This document shows positions 25,401 through 39,117 of a DNA stretch of 64,000 nt, piece after piece. Position numbers and translations under genes: made by a program. The stretch covers positions 139,500,001-139,564,000 of the forward strand of contig NC_043000.1 of the NCBI RefSeq assembly GCF_006345805.1, written 5' to 3'. Source of the stretch: Octopus sinensis. Taxonomy: Eukaryota. The notes beneath the pieces were generated by a model. That model was given only the letters and a program-made list of their open reading frames with translations, did no database searches and was not told where the DNA came from. Position 1 is the stretch's first letter, and each line of letters starts with the position of its first letter.

Positions 25401-25649
25401 TTCTCTCCTCTTTGACCCCTACATTCATGTCCACAGACATAACCACACATATGATGATGTAATCTTTTTTCAAAGTCAATCCTAAGCATAACCATCAGCC
25501 CATTTTTACAGGTCAAGTGATAGTGTTGGCTAAGTAGTTGATTTTTAAAGTTTGAAACATTCTTTTGAAATTAAATCAGGAACAAAAGTAAAAAATTATA
25601 TTATTTCTAAAGATTGTAATGTTACTAGCAGTCCAAATATGTTTCAGAC

Positions 25650-26660
25650 CCATTCAAACCAGTGAACAAGCTACTCACTACTTTGTCATGGAAAATATAT
25701 TCCATTTGCTGACAAATGGTGTTTAAACACCTATAACAACTCACAGTGCTGTCTACCCAGACTATGAGATGCAAGCATTTTGGAGTAATTAACCCCTCTT
25801 CAGTCACAGACACCAGGCAGTCGGTACTGTGAGCTGATTGAAGAGACTGATTATCTTATGCTTTTCCAGTTGTCATATGGCGACTGGCAATGCTGTGTGG
25901 TGGATCACTGTAAGTAAATTACAGAAGAGGAGTGCTAAACAGTGATAAGTACAATTGTAATGTTATTTGTTCATCGTTTGTTTAACGTCCACTTTCCATG
26001 CTAGCATGGGTTGGACGATTTGACTGAGATCTGGTGAACCAGATGGCTGTACCAGCCTCCAGGATGATCTGGCAGAGTTTCTACAGCAGAGTTTCTACAG
26101 TTTCTACAGAGTTTCTACAGGATGATCTGGCAGAGTTTCTACAGGAAGGATGCCCTTCCTAATGCCAATCACTCTGAGAGTGTAGTGGGCACTTTTACGT
26201 GCCACTGGCACGAGGGCCAGTCAGGCAGTACTGGTAATGGCCACACTCAAATGGTGCTTTTTATGTGCCACCTGCACAGGAGCCAGTCCTGTGGCACTGG
26301 CAACGACCTCACTCGAATATTTTTTCACATGCCACCAGTACGAGTGCCAGTAAGGCGACGCATGAGGCACATTTGAACCAGTGAAGAAGCTACTCACAGC
26401 ATTTTGTCATAGAAAATTTCTGCCTAGTATCCATGACCAAAGAGGAGATAACTACTCTGAAATGCGTGCATCTCATGATGTGGGTAGATGGCACTGCAAG
26501 CTGATATAGGTGAATACACACCATTTGTCAACAAGCGGGATATATTTTCCATGACAAAACCCAGTGAGTAGCTTGTTCGAACATGCCTTAGGTATATTCA
26601 GCCTGATAATAATATTACAATTTTACTTATCACTGCTTAGCGCACCCACTCTATAATCTC
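25650..26660. repeat. Tandem plus inverted repeat cluster resembling Penelope pseudo-LTRs
   Basis: 25650-25800 is inverted at 26430-26580; 25915-25970 is inverted at 26600-26660; a partial direct copy lies at 26370-26420; decayed CTGAAGA..GAAA cores. Confidence 0.55.
25972..26345 (-). mobile_element. Family D element (RTE-type 3' tail)
   Basis: CATCGTTT..AACGTCCACTTTCCATGCTAGCATGGGTTGG..GGATGCCCTTCCTAATGCCAA; internal slippage array of CAGAGTTTCTA. Confidence 0.75.
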
Positions 26661-26686
26661 TAAAGAATATTTGCCAGAGAGGATCC

Positions 26687-26995
26687 TGTGGAGGCACATG
26701 GCCTAGTGGTTAGAGCAGAGAACTCGCATTTGAGAGATCACGGTTTCAAATCTCAGACTGGGTGATGTGTGTGCTTATGAGCGAAACACCTAGGCTCCAC
26801 ATGGCTCCGGTAGAAGGTAATGGTGAACTTCTGCTGACTCTTTTGCCACAACTTTCTCTCACCCTTTCCTCCTGCATCTTGCAGCTCACCTGCGATGGAC
26901 TGGCGTTCCGTCCAGGTGGGGAACCTATATGCCAAGGAAACCAGGAAACCAGCCCTACTGAGCCAGTCAGGGCTCAAGAAGGAACAAACAACAAG
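26687..26995 (+). mobile_element. SINE family C with V-SINE-like domain
   Basis: tRNA-like head; CTGCGATGGACTGGCGTTCCGTCCAGG resembles the V domain (from recall). Confidence 0.8.
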
Positions 26996-29314
26996 AGAGG
27001 ATCCTCAAATTTTATTACTGCAATATTGGTTTCTCTGCAATCCAAGTCTTTTACGCTTCTATAGTTTAAGTTATGTTACTAATGCTTTTTTTTAAGGTAT
27101 GGAAATTACTGCTTCAATCTAAAATATCTTGAGTATTTATGTTTAGAATCAAGTACTACTTTATATGGTTTTACTCACTTTAATTTCAACTAATTAGAAA
27201 TAGTAATATGTAAGATCAAATAAGCAAAAAGTTTCTCATCTTGCTTATGTAAGACATTTATGCTAATCTTTAACACAACGGGGATTCAGTACAAGCAGTC
27301 AGATGATTAGAGGAAACGTCTGACTGTATTAAGTTATTTCCGTCAAGATTCTGAATTGAAATTCACTTCTCTGATACTACTTTGGTCTTAACCTATTTGA
27401 AATCAATAACATGTAAATCACTAATGTTCACAAGTGGATTCAGTGAACTTTACTCCCTGGGATGCATCAAACAATTCTATGTTATGAATTGCTTTGAGGG
27501 AAATTGAGACAGCAGAATACTTAACTGGATGTGTAACTCATACCTCAGAAAGTTAATCCTCCTCAATTTTATTATACCTTTTCACTTGGTATTGAGATCA
27601 GTTAGCAGTAATATAGGGGATTTAATTCAGGTAGCTATAATTTTCTCTCTCTCTCCTTCTTTCTCTTTTCCTCTTCTCTCCTTCTCTTCTCTCTTCTCTT
27701 TCTCTTTGCTATTTTGTCCAGTGATAAAATAACTGGATTATTTTTTTTTAATTGGTGATGACAATAGATTAGTGATAAGCTGCATTTAAATCTTGTTTGT
27801 AACATGATTTTAATTTTTGCCTGAAAGGATATCCTGTTTCACTTAAGTCATAAATATACTTAACAAAGCTCAGAAAAAATACACAGGGACATGTTCTGCT
27901 TGGAAACCAAAAGGTATCAATAGTTCTAACATACTCTATACACTGAGCACAAAATTTTTAAAAAATAAAACTTTAATTAAATAAGTATAGACTGCAGGTA
28001 AATGAAGTGAGGAGTTTGATTGATCTTGGAAGTCTGACAACAACCCTGGATTTCATTTGGTCTTATCATTTGGATATCACTTGGTCAATAAAGCATAGTC
28101 ATTGAAGTATAACAATACCAGAATAAATCTGGATTGTTGCCATATTTCCAAGTTCAAGGAAATTCTTCTCAGCATTGTACAAATTCTATTTTTTAATTAA
28201 TTAAAGTTTCAGAGTTGAGTTTGTGTTTCTTTATCAAAGTAACGATTCTTTCCTCTCAGCATGAGATTAATTTTCATTAGTAAAAATTCATTAACTTATG
28301 ATATGAACCACCTTAACATCAATTTTACAATACTAAAAGTGGCACGAATGTCATAAATTACTATTTAATCTTTTAAAGTAAAGTATGTTTTCTGACATAT
28401 TTAAAGATAACTAATTTCTAAATTTGACACAAGATCACAATATTTAGAAAAAGTAGTACATTTAATTTAGTCAGCTATAATACTTAGTGGTTACATTTTA
28501 TTTCACTGATTCTGAAAGGATGAAATGCAGTATCAGCAGAGGTTTTAACATTTATAATCAAAGAAAACAGATAATGAAATCTAATGAGAAATGTAACTGA
28601 TTTTTTTTCTATTGGTAAATAATTATAAGATTTGATCTCAGAATGCAGAGGGATATAACTAAATATCACAAAACATTAACTACACTACTACACCAATTCT
28701 ACTACTGCTGACCTGAGAAATCAATATTGTTAGTTATTTTAACAAATAACTACAGATATAAAACAAGTAATCTTGTAATTTTATGACTAATTATAACAAA
28801 GTTATGTTTTTGAGCATCAGAGTAGATCAGTAAAACAAAGTAATGATCAAAAATGTGCATTCTTTCCCAATAGAAAGCATAGAAGTTCAGTCACATTTAT
28901 CATTAATTTAATTTCATTATCAGTTTTTCTTTGATCTTATATTCTAAAGCCTTCATATATTAGATTTTTGAAATAAAATGTTTTTTTTCTTTAAATCAAA
29001 ATAAATATATATGTATTTTTACTGAAACTCTATACAATATACCCAATAGATTACATCAAAACATGTAAAATTTTATACCTCAAAGTAAAGAAATATATGT
29101 ATTAGACACATATACATATATATATATATACATGCATACACGCATATATACATATACACATATACATACATACGTACATGAATATATATATGTGTGTGTA
29201 TATATGTATGTTTATGTGTGTGTGTGTATGTGTGTTTGTGTGAGTGTGTGTGTACATGCAAATACACACATAAGTGAATAGAATAAATATAAAAGAAAAT
29301 TGTATTTTATTTAC

Positions 29315-29346
29315 CTTCTGGTGGAGGTGGGCATGGTCTTTCTCTT
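29315..29346 (-). CDS. Candidate 32-nt host exon (RERPCPPPPE)
   Basis: Acceptor TTGAACTTTTAG, donor AAG|GTAAAT; GC-rich island in AT-rich DNA; phase-compatible with 18496-18569. Confidence 0.3.
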
Positions 29347-30369
29347 CTAAAAGTTCAAAGATACTAATTGCTTACCAGAAAAGAAAAATAACTCTAAAAA
29401 CAATGCTGTAATCACAATGATATTTGACGGAAAAACTAAAAGTTTAATAGAAAGAGTTATGAAAAACTATCATTTTTGTTAAAACAAAACACATTTTTCA
29501 TTTTGTATTAATATTAAAGCCACTCATTACAATTAGTATTTCGTTTTTTTTTTTAATAAATTTTCATTGATCAGAATTTGATGGTTAGGATTTGTTTTAT
29601 GTTATATTGTACAATTTCAACTTGTAATTAATACATTTCTTTTTAAATTTTAGCAAATAATAAAATGTTTCATCAATTCTTCATTTTTATGGCGTTTTAG
29701 TAAATTTTAAGTATCAGAAATTAAGCAAAATTTATATATTTTTCAAAAAGAATATTTTCAACAGATTGAAATAAAAGGCATAGATCAATGTCAGTTGGAT
29801 AGCTGTGTTCAAGTATGAGGGTTAATATATTAATTAAATGATATGTTGCCAAGAATCATATGATAAAATTATTGGGAAAGATAAATGCAAAAATTTGCTG
29901 ATTCTATTGTAAGTAGGCAAGAGTGGCTGCTTTGAAATATACTCCATACTTTTCATTTTAGGCTTATCTTTTCTGAACAAACATGTTTAAATGTAGGGAT
30001 GATAGGTTTTATGGATAGTTTGATAATACCCTTGAAGCTCTTCTAAATTACAGCCGTAAGTTCTTATATTCATGTACAAATCCAATTCACTGTTAAACCA
30101 AAAGAAAAATGTAATGATGCATGATAAAATGCACATGAAGGAGCATTAGCTAAAATGCGGCTATGTACATCTACATTACATGATCATGTGTACTCAAATG
30201 TAGAAAGACCTTTGTTGTAGTATAACTATCATGGAAAGAGTTGTTGTGTTTATGTACAATGGCTGTGAAAATACACAGAGCTAGGTTACAAATCACAGCA
30301 TTAAACTGTGGGATGCATGTGCCTGTGTTCTTATGCTTCATCAGCTTCAGATACTGTGAATCCATAAGA

Positions 30370-30767
30370 TATCATCATCATCATCATCATCATCGTTTAG
30401 CGTCCACTTTCCATGCTGGCATGGGTTGGACTGTGCAACTGAGGTCTGGGAAGCCAGAAGGCTGCACCATGCCCAGTCTGATCTGGCAATGTTTCTACGG
30501 CTGGATGCCCTTCCTAATGCCAACCACTCCATGAGTGTAGTGGGTGCTTTTTACGTGCCACCAGCACAGGTGCCAGACGAGGCTGGCAAACGGCCACGAT
30601 CGGATGGTGCTTTTTATGTGCCACCGGCACGGAGGCCAGGCGAGGCTGGCAATGGCCACGATCGGATGGTGCTTTTTATGTGCCACCGGCACAGAGGCCA
30701 GGCGAGGCTGGCAAACGGCCACGATCGGATGGTGCTTTTTACGCGTCACCAGCATGGAGGCCAGGTG
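30370..30767 (-). mobile_element. Family D element with ~3.5 tandem 62-63-bp units
   Basis: Units start at 30544, 30607, 30669 and 30732; (GAT)n tail on the minus strand. Confidence 0.85.
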
Positions 30768-33700
30768 TAGTAAAACTGAAAAGGCAGGTATCCAACTAGA
30801 GAGAAACAGACTGTGTCAACTACAGACAGACAGAGTTAACAACAGTGGAGAAAAGTTGTTGATAGTCTATGTTCCGTATGGAAGGAACTGGTTTAAGTTG
30901 AGTACATTGTCAACATGAAAATTTTTCTTTTCTAAGGAAGTTACTGCAGTAAAAGTCTTTTTATGTTTATGTGTATAATACTTAAATTTTGCAATTCATT
31001 TTGTGCCATCAGTTTCATATATATATCATCTACTTATATTTTTTGTACTTTGATGTAAAAGATATTGTTTACATGATGAATCTGATAAAAGCACAAAGAG
31101 TTTAGCAAATTTAAATCTCTTTTTTGATATTGTAAAACAAAGATTTATAGAAAGAACATTATATTTCTGTAAATTAATCATTTGCTAATTCAAACTTATT
31201 TCTTATTAGATTATTGGATTTGCTGGCTACACTAATATATCAAACTAAATCATGCATAATTGCTTCTACAAGTCTAACTCACAATGTCCAACATCATGTT
31301 AACATGAGTATCAAAGACTAAACACAAACATGTATTGCTTCACATACATAATGTTAGAATGTAATGTCTTCAGAACATAAATGAATAAACATAAAAAATT
31401 TGTGTACTTGGTACATCTAAAATATCTAAATATATGTGTAACCAGGAATGCTGAAATTGAATGTTAGTTTTCAATTCATAGACAATTTTTTTGAGATACT
31501 TGATAATACCTGGGCCCAAGCAAGTAAATACTATCTCTACAACCCTCTCTCCTAGATCTGTACCTGACCATGAGAACAAGTAGTGCTCACAGGTTTTAGA
31601 TTTTTCATAACCAGTGAGATCTGTTTTAGATACAACAGCCACTGACTGAACCATTTTTTTCATCTACTTCTTCTATTACTACTTAAATAACATCTATTTT
31701 TCTTCTTTCGTTTTACACTGTTTTGCCTTTCATATACTTTTGCAAAGTTCTCTTAATTTAGCAATGTTTTCTAATGACCTATTCAGCAAGTCTGGTCACT
31801 TGATGTAGGAGATTATAAGAAATTCATGGACACTGTTTTTATTTCATTATAACAGGTCATATGACAAACAGAAATCTATGCAAGAGTTACTTCTATCAAT
31901 ACAAAGTATTTCCTGAACCAATTTTAGTATGTTTACAACCTTAAGATATAGTTTGTAATTTATAAATGCTCTTTTGTTTCTTTAAAAAAGCAAGTGAACT
32001 GCTTAATAGTTTGACTCTAGTTTTAGGCATAAAGCAATACATAGTATACTTTCAGAGAACTGTAACACCATTATGAAAAACAACTGTTTTGTTAAACTGT
32101 TGAATTACTTCCTAATCATGGATGAAGAAAATTAAATAATTGTTTTTGCAATTAGAACAGGAAATGATACAGAAAATACTATTTTGATGACTTTCAAAAC
32201 TGAAACAATAATTACATTCTAAACTCTTCTTTATAACAACTTTCACTCAAAAATATATCAATAATAATAATAATAAAGATAGTAACAATAATAGTAATGA
32301 CAACAAAAACAAAAACAACAACAATAATAATTTAATAAATATCAAACAACATTTAGCGAAGAAATACAAATTTCAATTGGTTAATGTCACCATGTAAAAC
32401 ACTTGCTTTGTTTGATTTAACATAATTTGATACGAATGTAATAAACACCAATAGTATGATCAGTAATAGAAATAAATGAATAAATACAAAACAACTATCC
32501 AATTAAATGATGGGTATTATATCTAATTTAACATTTATTTAATTCATTTAAGAGAAATGAAAAAGAACATTCATAAAAATACAAAATTTGTGTGATAAAA
32601 CATTTAATGCTAGGTTTTGCCTTCCATTCAGTCAACCAAATAGAACATTTCCAGACAAATTATATGCCCAGTCAGAATGTAATTTTAAATATTGGATAAT
32701 TATAGCTTTAATTACACAATCTTGTTTTCTTTTTAATTAATTCATATATTTAACTTTTACTTCCAATTTTTGAAAAGTAATTGGAAAATAAAATAATTAA
32801 GAAAAAAACTTTATTATTAATCTATTTACTATTTTCTCTTCTTAAGGAAGACATGCTTTTAATGATATTTCTTTTTATGTAATTGCTTAGAAATATTAGA
32901 CTTACCTAATCAGTAAAATTTAGGGCAGGAATTACATCTGTTCAGTCATGCAACTAACTAAAGGACAGGAAAAAGGCATCTTTTAATGAAAGGATTATTG
33001 TTCCGTATGGATGGGATGTAATTACATTGTGTGCATATATGGTATCTGAACTCAATCTCAGTTTTAAAATTTTCATTAATTCTTAAATTATAGAATAATA
33101 CAATTAACTTTCTTTGTACTCATTTACTACATTCATTTATGAGCAATGAGATACACAAGAATAATTATTCAATAATAAGAAATAGTTTGATAAAAATTAT
33201 AATTTGTTGGATTATTAACGCCATCTTTAGTCCACTGATTCATATGTAGTTTAGAAATAAATGTTCCTAGTTTTGATTCAGTCTAGAACTCTGAATACAT
33301 TCAGTAATAATGTGCTTGAAGAAGATCAATGATCAAAATGATTGAAACACACTGTAGGTGTAAATATTAAAATATATCTAATAATAAAATGAAATAATCT
33401 GAAAAATAATGACCACAGCAATAACTCATCTCAGGCATTTATAGATTTTTAAAAATGATTTCGTTAATTAAATGGAACAAATTTAGAAACAAAGCCAAGT
33501 CCAAAACGAAACTGATGCATTCTATCTTGCATTATTTGTATGATTAAATGTTAAATTCTTGACAGAAAAAAAAAACAAGTGAATGTAAATATGAAACATG
33601 AGAAAGTGCAGATTAACTACTTGGGATACAGAATAACTGATGATGGATTTGCTAACTTGCCATGTTGAACTGAAATTTTAGGCATTAGCACAATTAATTA

Positions 33701-34133
33701 ACTTATTATTAGGCAGTAACATTAGTAATTAACTTATTAAGCAGTATCACTAATAGTTAAATTATTACCAGGCTCAATAGTGGTTGTTTTGAATTCTAAC
33801 ATATTCTGAAAAAATCAACATTTAAGTGGAGAGTATGAAAAATAAATATCTATAAGAAGATTTTCTTCAACACCATTGTGGCAATGCTAATATTTCTATT
33901 ATAATCAAAATAATTATGGTGTACTTTTAAGTTTATGTAAAAATACATGCAACAATCCATCATGCTTTTAATATGAATGCTGTTAAATGTTAGACATTAA
34001 TAATAATGAGTACATGGCAGAGTTGGTAGGAGGTGAGAGACAAAATGTTTTTACTGCCTTTGATTAGGTAATTAAAGTTCTAACTTCAAATCTGACCCTG
34101 GTTTACTTAGTTTGACATCATTCCAAAGTCAAT

Positions 34134-34650
34134 TACCGTAAATCTTCGAGTATAATCCGAATTTTTTTCCCAAAATTTAAAGGTCAAAATCCCTAGTGGA
34201 TACTATATATAAGGTTAAAAATGAAAAATATTTTCTAAGCAATGTCCAAGTCTCTATTTGCTGTCCAGCAATATTTATTTAGACGCATTTTGTGATGTCA
34301 GGTGCAAAAATACCTTAAGCTAAGCTTGAAAGCAATGAAAAATCATCTATAACTTGCAGTAAGCAACATTTATTAAAATAAAAGTATTCAGAACACAGAA
34401 TAACATGTAAGAAAAACAATTTACAAACATATTCACATTCTCATATAACAGTTAAGAACATCACCATTATTATATTATACATGTGAGGAAGTGTTTGTTC
34501 GACTAGGTGCTGGTGGCTTAATTATGCACGACTCAAGTTAAAGAAGGGGTTTGTATTATGCACAAGATTTAGGTTTTACAGAGGTACAACCCCCTAAAAA
34601 TCCCCTGCATATTATACTCAAGGGTGGACTATACTTGAGGATTTACGGTA
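34134..34650. mobile_element. pogo/Tigger-like MITE with TA TSD
   Basis: TA-CCGTAAATCTTCGAGTATAATCC ... GGACTATACTTGAGGATTTACGG-TA; the empty site is present in the duplicate at 37005-37126. Confidence 0.8.
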
Positions 34651-34770
34651 TATAATCACTTGCGTATAAAATAAGTATTGGGCTCCATGTAACCGACCAT
34701 ACCATCCACATACAGTGTGGCTTAAGAAGTAAAAGAATTGTGGATAAAGATTTACCAGTATTCTTAATAT

Positions 34771-35167
34771 TCTCTTTTTACTCTTTTTACTTGTTTCAGT
34801 CATTTGACTGTGGCCATGCTGGAGCACCGCCTTTAGTCGAACAAATCGACCCCAGGATTTATTCTTTGTAAGCCCAGTACTTATTCTATCGGTCTCTTTT
34901 GCCAAACCGCTAAGTGACAGGGATGTAAACACACCAACATCGGTTTTCAAGCAATGCTAGGGGGACAAACATATACACATACATATATACATATGCATAT
35001 ATACGACAGGCTTCTTTCAGTTTCTGTCTGCCAAATCCACTCACAAGGCATTGGTCGGCCCAAGGCTATAGCAGAAGACACTTGCCCAAAGTGCCACGCT
35101 GTGGGACTGAACCCAGAAGCATGTGGTTGGTAAGCAAGCTACTTACCACACAGCCACTCTTGCGCCT
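34771..35167 (-). mobile_element. SINE family A, full length
   Basis: Same structure as the other copies. Confidence 0.9.
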
Positions 35168-37126
35168 AGTCACAAAAACTTAAGGCAAATCGTAAATTAT
35201 TAATAATTGCTAATTTCATTATGAAAAGCATATTTTTTTATAATTAAGAATAACTATTATTCAACCATTTTTTTTCGTTTGCATTTTTAACGAAAAGTTA
35301 AGATCTGCTAAAGATGTCACCTCAGAAGTGGAGAAAATAATTTATAATTTATAAGTTGATATCAACTGTATATGCAATAAACTGATCAGATTAAAAGTGA
35401 AAGTAAAGGAGACTGGATATGTCTTAGATTAGGACATTTTACTTGATTCTGTTATAATTGAAATATTACAGAAATGAACTGGGTTTGAATTTGCATTTAC
35501 AGCATTGATTGGAAAATTATAAAGTTATCTTCAGAAAGTGAATCAGCTTGAGTGAATGGAATTTGTGATTGGTAGAATTCAGAAATAGTTAATTATCTAG
35601 AATATTACTGACAAGTAATTTGGTTTTAATATCATAATTCTTTTATCATTTTCAGCGATATCAGCTTGTCTTCTTGCTAAACTCATTTGTAATATACTTG
35701 GTGGTAGTTGCCTAATTATCACCACATGTCATGTTCTAACAAGATGCTTGCAGTATTACCAACTGACATTGCCTGTATCAATGTATTAATCAATGTAACA
35801 GTAAATGTAGTAATGCCACCGTCATGAAATCTCTTGTCAGAGATTAAGATATACACCTGGTGGTGAATGTCAGTAAAGGATAGGATTAAGATATCATGGT
35901 TAGGTTATTGCGCACCATCTATCACATAGAAGGAAAATTCAGACAGATCTAAAAGAAGGGCTTTGAGGCATTTGAGGTTCAGCAAAGACATGACTGTGTG
36001 CATTCACATAACTGACTGGGGGTGCATTGGAAAACCCAGAGTCAAAACTGTATGTTAAGACAATATTTATCGATTATAGTATCGGCCTTGTTAATATCAC
36101 TTAAGACATATAGTCAAGGCAATCAAACCACAAACATTGTTTAAAGCAGGAACATTTTACAGGTGCATTCAAAAGAAATTAGAATGCTATATGAAGGAGA
36201 TTTTGACTGCTATTTCTCACAAGTCAAATTATCACATGGGGATGGCCTCTTCTTTTTAATTTCCCAGTCGCCTAATGTGATGTACCTATAAATGGTTCCT
36301 ATTGACAATAAATTAAACAGCACACTGTGAAAGCAAGCAAGATATATGTCAAAAACTATAGATGAGTTCAGAGCTCTGACAAAATTTTAGCTTCATCATA
36401 GATTTGTATTACAGCCATAGTTCATGGATTTTGTGTAAGATTTTTGTAAAGTCTTAGTGTTTTTTATATTCATTAATTCTCCCTAATAATGGAACAGTTT
36501 ATATTTTGACTTTCTTTTAAATCAGTATTAATCTTTTCAAACGTTAAGCTGTAGAATTTTCATACCTATCTCACAGAGAACAAGTCTTTATTTTCCTTTC
36601 ACTCTGGTGGATAATGGTGTTCAATCTTGATATTCTTACACAAATACGGACTGATAGCAACACAGCTACAACATACAAGATAATTTATGCAGTTGAGGAG
36701 CATCAAGCTTTTTGCAGTTACCTTTCAATTTAACCTTAATTTAGAATACTTTTTAACCTTTTTTAACTATTTATTTAGAATACTTGATAGCATGTAAGCA
36801 AATTATGTAGATTTTTTAAAAATACTAACATCATTTTAGCTCCTCTTTTCTGAAAATCCACTTCTATGAGAGATCATGTCACTTTTATTTTATACAAATA
36901 TCCCAGTATGAAGACACACCTTACTGGCCAACTTGCATTGCCCACACTCATGTACACAGATGTGGCCTTCACTTGCAAATTTTCATGTATATCATATAGA
37001 TTTTAGTTGGTAGGAGGTGAGAGACAAAATGTTTTTACTGCCTTTGATTAGGTAATTAAAGTTCTAACCTCAAATCTGACCCTGGTTTACTTAGTTTGAC
37101 ATCTTTCCAAAGTCTATTATATAATC

Positions 37127-37320
37127 TTTCTTTCTTTGCACCCTTTTCAAGCCTAGCCAGGCTCATGGGCCCGGTTTTCTGGTTTCTGTGGTGTATGTGT
37201 TTCCCCCAGCTGGACGGGACACCAATCCATCGCAGCTTTACTCAAGAAACAGGAAGAGAGAGTGAGAGAAAGTTGTGGCAAAAGAGTACAACAGGGGTCG
37301 CCCCGCCTCCCTGCCAGAGC
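37127..37320 (-). mobile_element. 3' part of a SINE family C-like element
   Basis: CCCAGCTGGACGGGACACCAATCCATCGCAG (V-like domain, reversed) and GAGAAAGTTGTGGCAAAAGAGT. Confidence 0.7.
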
Positions 37321-38624
37321 TTCATGGATTTTAGTTTGCTTATTGCATGCATGTTCATAGTATTTTGTATCAGTTGCTTGACTAATACCCTTTATATAGT
37401 TTCCTTCTGTTAGTCATTTTACTTCTATCTGTTTTACTTACCTGATGCTTCATATTGATCGTAGTGTGCTGTTTTCTCAGCATATATAAAGAAGAGGCTG
37501 ATGTAGCAAGCTCATGCAGATGTTAATTTAATTTCACCTTTGCTGCTTATGTTTATCTAGCTGGTTAAAATTTCTGACTGGTTAATCTAACCAATCAGAG
37601 ATTTTGCCCAAGTAGAAATAGAGATTAATGGTAGACTTGGAAAGCTGTCTTATTTGGCTCTTTTCTTTCTCTCTGACTCTTATCCAACTAGATATTTGCC
37701 AATGACTTGCTTCTATAGATTTATTTCTACAAGTTTAAATGTGCATGCACATTTATTTTTTCTTTACAGCTAACAGTTATCTGATTGCCTACACTTCATT
37801 CTATTATAAAAATTATTCAACAGGCAGGAACATTTTCTGCTCAAAATCCAAAAATGTAAAATATATGATATATATATATCCATTTACCATCTCATTTCTA
37901 CAACCCATTATTTCTGACTTCTACAAAACATTTTCATAAACACTATTGTGTAATCTTTACCTCATCTGGGGTTATTACTTAAGGACAATTATATTTACAC
38001 TGTTTGAAATGTATCCTATAATAATCTGTATTTTCAAACCATGTACTATGTTGTAACTGTTATTTTGTTTTAACATTAAGATCAGAAGGGGTTAATTTTT
38101 TGATAGCATATAAGCAATTTAAAAGAACAGTCATATATAATTCCTCCTTGCTGCTGTCCCTACAAAAACTTCTTTTAATTTCCTACAGATACATGAAAAA
38201 TTGATACTTATGATGGCATACAAACACCCTGAATTATTTTAGTTAATACAAAGTTATGCTTACGTACATTATTGTTTGAAAATCTCCTATGCATCCTTAA
38301 CTACATACTTACCTGTCTGTCTGTCTGTCTCTGCCTCTGTCTGCCTCTGTCTCTCTCCGTCTCTCTCTCTATCTGTCTACTTCACTTTGTATTTATCTAT
38401 CTATCTATACACGCACACACACACACATGCACACATTCATCCAAAATGGAGATGTAGACCGTTCCTCCATGTGATTGGTTTGAAACTTGTTATTAAGATA
38501 GTTTTCTCAACATGAAATCAATGGTAGCCTTAATACACAAATAAAGAAATTCTATCCACCAATGCAGTGTTGAGCACTCGTTCTTGTTGTTCAACATTTA
38601 TGCATATAAATATATATGTATATA

Positions 38625-38684
<60 letters not shown>

Positions 38685-38788
38685 TGTATAGTCAATCAAA
38701 ACAAAAACAAGCAAGAAAAAACAACAATGCAAGGATGTGGAATAAGTACTCTTATTGGACGCTCAGGAAAAGAAAGTAAAGAAAGAGG

Positions 38789-38823
38789 ATTTCATGTTTT
38801 GAGTGGAGCTCTTCATCAGAAAT
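38789..38823 (-). ncRNA. Decayed minimal hammerhead-like motif
   Basis: ATTT-CTGATGA-A-GAG-ctcca-CTC-AAAA-CA-TG-AAAT; GAAA and the cleavage triplet are mutated, consistent with CpG decay. Confidence 0.4.
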
Positions 38824-38912
38824 ATAGAAAATTCCAAAGAAGGGAAGACGGAGAAAGAAAATCACTAATGATACACACATGTATATATATGATAAAGTTG
38901 TTTTTTTTTCTA

Positions 38913-38962
<50 letters not shown>

Positions 38963-39117
38963 TAGACAAAAAACAGTTTTATCAATTCAAAATGAACAAT
39001 TAAATTACACCATCTAGAAAATTACATATAATAGAAAAATTGAAATTAAAATAACAATAAAATGTCAAAGATTAAATAAATTGCAAAAACTAATAAAAAC
39101 GTATATAATAGGTAGAA

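Noticed and set aside
30544-30767. CRISPR-like periodic repeats
   Set aside because: Units are contiguous near-identical tandem repeats with no unique spacers, inside a eukaryotic retroelement tail.
31370-31663. 97-aa minus-strand ORF
   Set aside because: No recognisable motif and no convincing splice acceptor; within chance length.
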